DNA of 24,000 bases, taken from NCBI RefSeq assembly GCF_043558645.1, contig NZ_JBIFXS010000001.1, positions 450,763-474,762 on the forward strand. The letters run 5' to 3'. This document shows, in pieces, positions 18,606-24,000 of the stretch (positions are counted from its first letter, which is position 1; the number at the start of each line of letters is the position of its first letter). The stretch comes from Mariniflexile sp. HNIBRBA6329. Its GTDB lineage: Bacteria > Bacteroidota > Bacteroidia > Flavobacteriales > Flavobacteriaceae. The notes below the pieces were generated by a model that saw only the letters and a list, made by a program, of their open reading frames with translations, had not been told where the DNA came from and searched no databases. Both the position numbers and the translations under genes were made by a program.

Positions 18606-19280
18606 ATGAAACGTTTAATCTTATTAATTACTATTTTAATATCTGGAGCATCTATTGCCCAAAAGTCAATTGAAAAAAATATTGGAGACTTTAAAGAACT
18701 CAAAGTTTATGATTTAATAGAAGTTGAATTGGTAAAATCCAACGAAAACAAAGCCATTATTACAGGAAACAACATACAAGATGTGGTAATAAACAATAAA
18801 AATGGTACCCTTAAAATAAAGATGAATATTGGAAAAATATTTGATGGCAACAATACCAAAGTTATGTTACATTATACGTCTTTAGATATTATTGATGTTA
18901 ATGAAGGTTCTATTGTATCCGGAAAAGATAGTATTAAGCAATTTGAAATAGATTTAAGAGCACAAGAAGGTGGTAGTATAGAAATTCCTTTAGAGGTTAG
19001 TTATGCTATTGTAAAAGCTGTGACAGGTGGAAAAATAAAAACATCTGGTCATTCAAAATCTCAAAAAGTATCACTTTTAACAGGAGGAATATATGATGGA
19101 GAAATGCTTGAAACCGATAAAACAGAAGTATCTATAAATGCAGCTGGTGAAGCGCGAGTAAAAGCATCAAAACAAGTAGATGCAAAAGTACGAGCAGGAG
19201 GTGATATTTATATTTATGGTAAACCAGAAATTATAAATGAAACTACGGTTTTGGGTGGTAGAGTGAAAAAAATGGAATAA
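18606..19280 (+). CDS. GIN-domain (DUF2807, adhesin head-like) beta-helix protein, secreted
   Basis: 224-aa ORF with a signal peptide (LLITILISGASIAQ). It shows repetitive beta-strand periodicity, and the C-terminal signature GGDIYIYGKPE is typical of DUF2807 proteins as I recall them. Confidence 0.7.
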   Translation: MKRLILLITILISGASIAQKSIEKNIGDFKELKVYDLIEVELVKSNENKAIITGNNIQDVVINNKNGTLKIKMNIGKIFDGNNTKVMLHYTSLDIIDVNEGSIVSGKDSIKQFEIDLRAQEGGSIEIPLEVSYAIVKAVTGGKIKTSGHSKSQKVSLLTGGIYDGEMLETDKTEVSINAAGEARVKASKQVDAKVRAGGDIYIYGKPEIINETTVLGGRVKKME

Positions 19281-19301
19281 TTATTATTATAGCATGTTTT
19301 T

Positions 19302-19338
19302 AAAAAGCAATACTTAGGTGTTGCTTTTTTTGTTTTTG
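19302..19338 (+). terminator. Intrinsic terminator after the GIN-domain gene
   Basis: Stem aaaaagcaa (19302-19310) pairs with ttgcttttt (19321-19329). The loop is 10 nt and an extended T-rich tail follows. Confidence 0.6.
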
Positions 19339-19425
19339 AAAGTATCTATACGATTACCTATACAAAAACAATTTTCTCTTTAAATTTTAGTACTTTAGTA
19401 TTACTATAAATATTTACTTGATTTA

Positions 19426-22239
19426 ATGCCAATTAAACAACTACCAATATTGTTCATATTCTTTTTTTGCACTTTGGTTAATGGGCAAGAGCATCCGCCC
19501 ATACAAACATTTATGCCAAATGAATACGGTGCAGAGAATCAGAATTGGTCCATTTCACAATCTAAAGAAAAGCATATTTATGTAGCTAATAATAAAGGCT
19601 TATTGGTATTTAATGGTGCTAAATGGGTACTATACAACTCACCAAACCAAACCATTGTTAGATCTGTTAATGTTATTGATGAATTAGTTTATACAGGTTG
19701 TTATAGAGAGTTTGGTTTTTGGGAAAAGAATAATTTAGGAATTTTAAATTATACGTCTCTATCATCAAAACTAAAAATATCATTTTTAGAAGATGAAGAA
19801 ATTTGGAACATCATTCATGTTGATGACTTTATTCTGTTTCAATCACTAAAGCGCATTTATGTTTACAACAAAAGAGATGGTACATGTTCTATTATAAGCT
19901 CCAACACGATTCTTTATAAAGTATTTAAAATTAATGAAGGTGTTTATTTTCAAAAAACCAAAGAAGGTGTTTTCGAAATTGTTAATGGTAAAGTACGTTT
20001 AGTAAGCAACCACCCTATTTTAAAAGAAAATTTACTGGTTAATATTTTCAACCATCAAGGTAATTTACTATTTCAAACGGAAGATAATGGATTTTACATT
20101 TTTAAGTATGATACACTTATAAAATGGGATATTTCAGCAAATGAAGTTCTTTTAAAGGATAGAATTTATAGCAGTATTCAATTGAAGGACCATAGTTTTA
20201 TTCTTGGAACTATTTCAAATGGCATTTTACATGTAACTTCAGATGGCGATATTGAACATCACATCAATCAAAATAATGGATTAAGTAATAATACGGTGCT
20301 TTCGGTTTTTGAAGATGGGGATAATAATGTATGGTTAGGTTTAGAAAACGGTATTAATTGTATTAACCTTAGTTCACCATTTACAATTTATAATGGAGAA
20401 AAAGGTAAAATAGGTTCGGTAAATACCTCCATTTTATTCAATAATTATTTATATATAGGAACCAATCAAGGCTTATTTTATAAAGAAATAAATTCTAATA
20501 ATCAATTTAAATTAGTACCAGGTACTCAAGGCGCAGTTTGGTGTTTAACTAGTATAGACAACACACTTTTTTGTGGAAATAATTCTGGAACTTTTATAAT
20601 CAATGGTGAACAGGCACAGTTTATTTCAGACATACAGGGTACATGGAACATAAAAACCATATCAAAAGATGATAAACTACTGCTTCAAGGTAACTATAAT
20701 GGTTTAAATATTCTTGAGAACAAACAAGGACAATGGGTGTTTAGAAATAAAATTGAAGGTTTTGATACTTCCAGTCGCTATTTTGAAATACTTAATGGCA
20801 CAGATGTGTTTGTTAGCCATGAATATAAAGGTGTTTTTAAAGTAAAGTTAGATACTAATTATACAAAAGCTATCTCTGTTTTGAAGGACACTTCAGTGGC
20901 TCAAGGTCTTAAAACAAGCTTAATTAAGTATCATAACCAATTATTATACACACAAAAAGACGGTGTTTTTAAGTATGATGAAATAAAAAACAGGTTTGTA
21001 AAAGATTCAATTTTAAGTGGATTGTTTCTAAAAGAACAATTTACTTCAGGTAAATTAGTATTCATTAAAGAAACCAACACACTTTGGTCTTTTTCGTTAC
21101 ATGATATTAGTTATTTTGCACCTTTTAAACTTAGTAATAGTTATAAAATAAATAAAATCCCATTACCAAGTTCCTTAAGAAATGATGTCTCAGGTTATGA
21201 AAATGTATCGTATATAAACAATAATAAATACCTGTATGGAAATACATTAGGGTATATAATAATAGATTTAGATAAACTTAATAAAAAACCACATAAAGTA
21301 AATGTAGATCTAATTTCTAAAGGTTATTATAAAAATAACAGCTTTAAAACTGAATTTTTAGATCCTTCAACAAAAGGTCTTTTTAAGAATAACGAAAACA
21401 ATTTAGAGTTTAATTTTAGCGTACCAGAATACAATAAATATTTAGAAGCCGAATACCAATATAAGTTAGAAGGCATCTATGATTTTTGGAGCAATTGGTC
21501 AACCCAATCCAATGCATTATTTGAAAATTTACCATTTGGTGAATATACATTTTATGTAAAATCCAGAATAGGTAATGAAGTTTCAGAAAATATAGAAAGC
21601 TATAGCTTTAAAATAGATCCACCTTGGTATTTAACCAAAGTTATGTTTGGAATCTATTTTATTTTGGTGGCATTATTTTCTTTGTTTATGCATACCGCTT
21701 ATAAGCGCTATTATAGAAAGCAACGTGAAAAATTGCTTTACAAAACACAGCGCGATTTAGAATTGAAAGAATTAGAGAATAAGCAACAATTGATGCATTT
21801 TAATAATGAAAATTTAAAACAGGATATTGATAACAAAAACAGAGAGTTGGCTATATCTACTATGAGCTTAATTAAGAAAAATGAATTCTTAAATACCATT
21901 AAGAGTGAACTGCAAAAAGCCCAAGACCAGAAAAGTTTAAAAAGTGTTATAAAAATTATTGATAAAAATTTAAATAATACAGACGATTGGCATGCTTTTG
22001 AAGAAGCCTTTAATAATGCAGATCAAGATTTCCTTAAAAAGATAAAATCTGAACACCCTTCACTTACTTCTAACGATTTAAGACTTTGCGCCTACCTTCG
22101 TTTAAATCTTTCTTCAAAAGAAATTGCACCACTACTTAATATTTCATCTAGAAGTGTAGAGGTAAAACGCTATAGATTGCGAAAAAAAATGGATTTACCC
22201 CATGAATCGAGTTTAACAGATTATATTTTAGAAATCTAA
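19426..22239 (+). CDS. Membrane-tethered sensor/regulator: periplasmic beta-propeller repeats + Y_Y_Y domain + one TM helix + coiled coil + LuxR/GerE-type HTH; no kinase or receiver domain
   Basis: 937-aa ORF with a signal peptide, then about 650 aa of propeller-like repeats (NGLSNNTVLSVFEDGDNNVWLGLENGI...). The Y_Y_Y-type segment is EYQYKLEGIYDFWSNWSTQSNALFENLPFGEYTFYVKS. The TM helix is VMFGIYFILVALFSLFM (about nt 21640-21690). A Gln/Lys/Glu-rich helical region follows. The C-terminal HTH is LTSNDLRLCAYLRLNLSSKEIAPLLNISSRSVEVKRYRLRKKM. Confidence 0.85.
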   Translation: MPIKQLPILFIFFFCTLVNGQEHPPIQTFMPNEYGAENQNWSISQSKEKHIYVANNKGLLVFNGAKWVLYNSPNQTIVRSVNVIDELVYTGCYREFGFWEKNNLGILNYTSLSSKLKISFLEDEEIWNIIHVDDFILFQSLKRIYVYNKRDGTCSIISSNTILYKVFKINEGVYFQKTKEGVFEIVNGKVRLVSNHPILKENLLVNIFNHQGNLLFQTEDNGFYIFKYDTLIKWDISANEVLLKDRIYSSIQLKDHSFILGTISNGILHVTSDGDIEHHINQNNGLSNNTVLSVFEDGDNNVWLGLENGINCINLSSPFTIYNGEKGKIGSVNTSILFNNYLYIGTNQGLFYKEINSNNQFKLVPGTQGAVWCLTSIDNTLFCGNNSGTFIINGEQAQFISDIQGTWNIKTISKDDKLLLQGNYNGLNILENKQGQWVFRNKIEGFDTSSRYFEILNGTDVFVSHEYKGVFKVKLDTNYTKAISVLKDTSVAQGLKTSLIKYHNQLLYTQKDGVFKYDEIKNRFVKDSILSGLFLKEQFTSGKLVFIKETNTLWSFSLHDISYFAPFKLSNSYKINKIPLPSSLRNDVSGYENVSYINNNKYLYGNTLGYIIIDLDKLNKKPHKVNVDLISKGYYKNNSFKTEFLDPSTKGLFKNNENNLEFNFSVPEYNKYLEAEYQYKLEGIYDFWSNWSTQSNALFENLPFGEYTFYVKSRIGNEVSENIESYSFKIDPPWYLTKVMFGIYFILVALFSLFMHTAYKRYYRKQREKLLYKTQRDLELKELENKQQLMHFNNENLKQDIDNKNRELAISTMSLIKKNEFLNTIKSELQKAQDQKSLKSVIKIIDKNLNNTDDWHAFEEAFNNADQDFLKKIKSEHPSLTSNDLRLCAYLRLNLSSKEIAPLLNISSRSVEVKRYRLRKKMDLPHESSLTDYILEI

Positions 22240-22470
22240 CTACACTACAACACTTCATTTTACCTATACAACACCACAACATTGAGGCTTTTTCGTTGTA
22301 TGTTATTTTAAATTATAAAGTGAATTACATATTAAATCCGCTATGAATTTAAGATTATCATAAATAAAAGCAGTTTTTTTTGAATTGTATGTTTTTTGTA
22401 TAGGCTTAATATTAGAATTCAATAATATATATAGCTAGTTTTACTTAAACTAAAATTAAACTAAATTAAT

Positions 22471-24000
22471 ATGAGACAAACCTTTTTTAAAATTCTTTGC
22501 TTTTTCTTTTTTGCATACTCAGGTGCGCAAAATTTTGATATTAGCGGAACTGTCCAAGACAATACAGGATTTCCAATTGCTGGAGTTAATGTACTTGTTA
22601 AAAGCACTACTAAAGGAGCTGTAACCGATTTTGATGGTAATTTTACAATTACTGATGTAAAAAAAGGATCTACGCTCACATTCAGTTACATTGGTTATGT
22701 AACTAAAGAAATAGTTGTGACAAATAGTACGAAGTTATCTATTCAACTTGAAGAAGATTTAGCAAAACTGGATGAAATAGTTGTTATAGGTTATGGTACA
22801 CAAACTAAAAAAGAAATTACAGGAGCAGTAAGCGTTGTTGGCGCAGAAACTATCGATGCACTTAAGCCAACACGTATAGAACAAGCTTTACAAGGTCAAG
22901 TAGCAGGGGTTAATATTACCACACAATCTGGTACTCCTGGTGGTGGTTCTACAATTAGTATTAGAGGTGTTTCTACCAATGGAGATAGCCGCCCTTTAAT
23001 ATTGGTGGATGGCAATGTTATTGAAGACCTTAGTGTTATTAACCCAAACGACATTGAAAGCATGAACATACTTAAAGATGCCACTGCAGGTATCTATGGG
23101 GTTAGGGCTGCTAATGGGGTTATACTTATTACGACTAAAACTGGACGTAAACAGATGCCATTAACAGTTGAGTATAACGCATACGGAGGTTTCCAGCAAA
23201 CCACTCGAAAAATACCTGTTTTAAACGCTACCGAATATGCCTTATTGGCTAATGAAGCATCAGTTGCTGGAGGGGGGGCATTACTATACACAGATGTTTC
23301 TTCATTAGGTGCAGGAACCGATTGGCAAGACCAAGTTTTTAAAAATGCGTTTATTATGAATCATAATATACTTTTTAAAGGTGGTGGTAAAAAATCTTCT
23401 TATTCTTATAGTGGGTCTTTTTTAACGCAAGATGGTATTGTAGGAGGAGCTGATTCAAATTTCACACGTTTTACAAATAATGCCAGTTATAATTTAGATT
23501 TTTTTGAAAATTTTAAATTCACATCAGGGCTTACTTTAATGCGCACCAATAAAAATAATCTTCCAGAAAACTCTAATGCTTCGGTGCTTTTTAATGCCTT
23601 AAATATGGCACCTACTTTTTCTATAATAGATGAAAACGGCAATTACACAAAAGCAGAAGGTTTAGGCGCGGAAGTTATTAACCCATTAGCTCAAATAGAT
23701 GATACCTATGATAGAGGTAAGGTTCTGAAACTAAGTGGAAATGCAGGATTATCATACAACTTCTTAGATCATTTTACAGCACAATCCAATATACAGTTTA
23801 ATTACGCTGAGGTAAGTTCCCATGTTTTTAACCCTATTGCAAATTTTGGTAGCGGAAAAGTTTTTAATGTGGATAGAAGTAGTGTATTTGAAGGTTTAAA
23901 TTACTTCAGAGATTATACGTTTGACGCTTTTGTTAAATATGAAAATAAAATTAACGACATTCATAATATCAATGTGCTTTTAGGAACATCCGTTTTTAAA
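22471..24000 (+). CDS. SusC/RagA-family TonB-dependent outer-membrane transporter, N-terminal 510 codons; continues past the window end
   Basis: Not in the ORF track because there is no stop codon in the window. My hand translation from the ATG at 22471 is given here. MRQTFFKILCFFFFAYSGAQNFDISGTVQDNTGFPIAGVNVLVKSTTKGAVTDFDGNFTITDVKKGSTLTFSYIGYVTKEI is the carboxypeptidase-regulatory-like domain. DEIVVIGYGTQTKKEITGAVSVV...ALQGQVAGVNITTQSGTPGGGSTISIRGVSTNGDSRPLILVDGNVIEDLSVINPNDIESMNILKDATAGIYGVRAANGVILITTKTGRK is the TonB box and plug, characteristic of SusC. Confidence 0.9.
   Translation, partial: MRQTFFKILCFFFFAYSGAQNFDISGTVQDNTGFPIAGVNVLVKSTTKGAVTDFDGNFTITDVKKGSTLTFSYIGYVTKEIVVTNSTKLSIQLEEDLAKLDEIVVIGYGTQTKKEITGAVSVVGAETIDALKPTRIEQALQGQVAGVNITTQSGTPGGGSTISIRGVSTNGDSRPLILVDGNVIEDLSVINPNDIESMNILKDATAGIYGVRAANGVILITTKTGRKQMPLTVEYNAYGGFQQTTRKIPVLNATEYALLANEASVAGGGALLYTDVSSLGAGTDWQDQVFKNAFIMNHNILFKGGGKKSSYSYSGSFLTQDGIVGGADSNFTRFTNNASYNLDFFENFKFTSGLTLMRTNKNNLPENSNASVLFNALNMAPTFSIIDENGNYTKAEGLGAEVINPLAQIDDTYDRGKVLKLSGNAGLSYNFLDHFTAQSNIQFNYAEVSSHVFNPIANFGSGKVFNVDRSSVFEGLNYFRDYTFDAFVKYENKINDIHNINVLLGTSVFK

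Noticed and set aside
22461-23291. Three minus-strand ORFs (22461-22679, 22896-23084, 23094-23291)
   Set aside because: They are antisense to the clear SusC/RagA reading frame. That frame starts at 22471 and is absent from the track only because it has no stop codon within the window.

Overview
AT-rich segment (about one-third G+C by eye) that looks like ordinary chromosomal sequence from a Flavobacteriia-type Bacteroidota genome. Supporting signs are a SusC-type outer-membrane gene, TAnnTTTG promoter boxes and the absence of Shine-Dalgarno sites. Gene order: the 3' end of an S8 serine peptidase gene, an M1-family zinc metallopeptidase lipoprotein and a small secreted protein. Next comes an eight-gene thiamine biosynthesis operon (thiS-thiC-tenI-like-thiD-thiE-thiG-thiH-thiF/rhodanese) behind a clear TPP riboswitch and terminator. 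It is followed by rnpA overlapping an S41 C-terminal processing peptidase gene, then a tandem-domain OmpA-family gene. A minus-strand block holds rpiB, a CDF metal exporter and a GNAT gene. After a 626-bp, very AT-rich divergent intergenic region come rnr (RNase R) and a GIN/DUF2807-domain gene. The window ends at the start of a polysaccharide-utilisation-type locus: a membrane-tethered propeller/Y_Y_Y/LuxR-HTH regulator plus a 5'-partial SusC/RagA gene that runs off the window and is missing from the ORF track. I found no CRISPR array, transposase, integrase, tRNA/rRNA gene or recognisable defence or toxin system. The most unusual items are: (1) a 20-nt GAAA-loop hairpin repeat present twice, once directly after the CDF stop codon and once inside a 48-nt in-frame, direct-repeat-flanked insertion in the RNase R catalytic domain; (2) the long AT-rich region packed with TGTTAA/TTAACA motifs, including a perfect 14-bp palindrome; (3) the kinase-less transmembrane regulator next to SusC. 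All functional calls rest on motifs read by eye from the translations. No database search was run.
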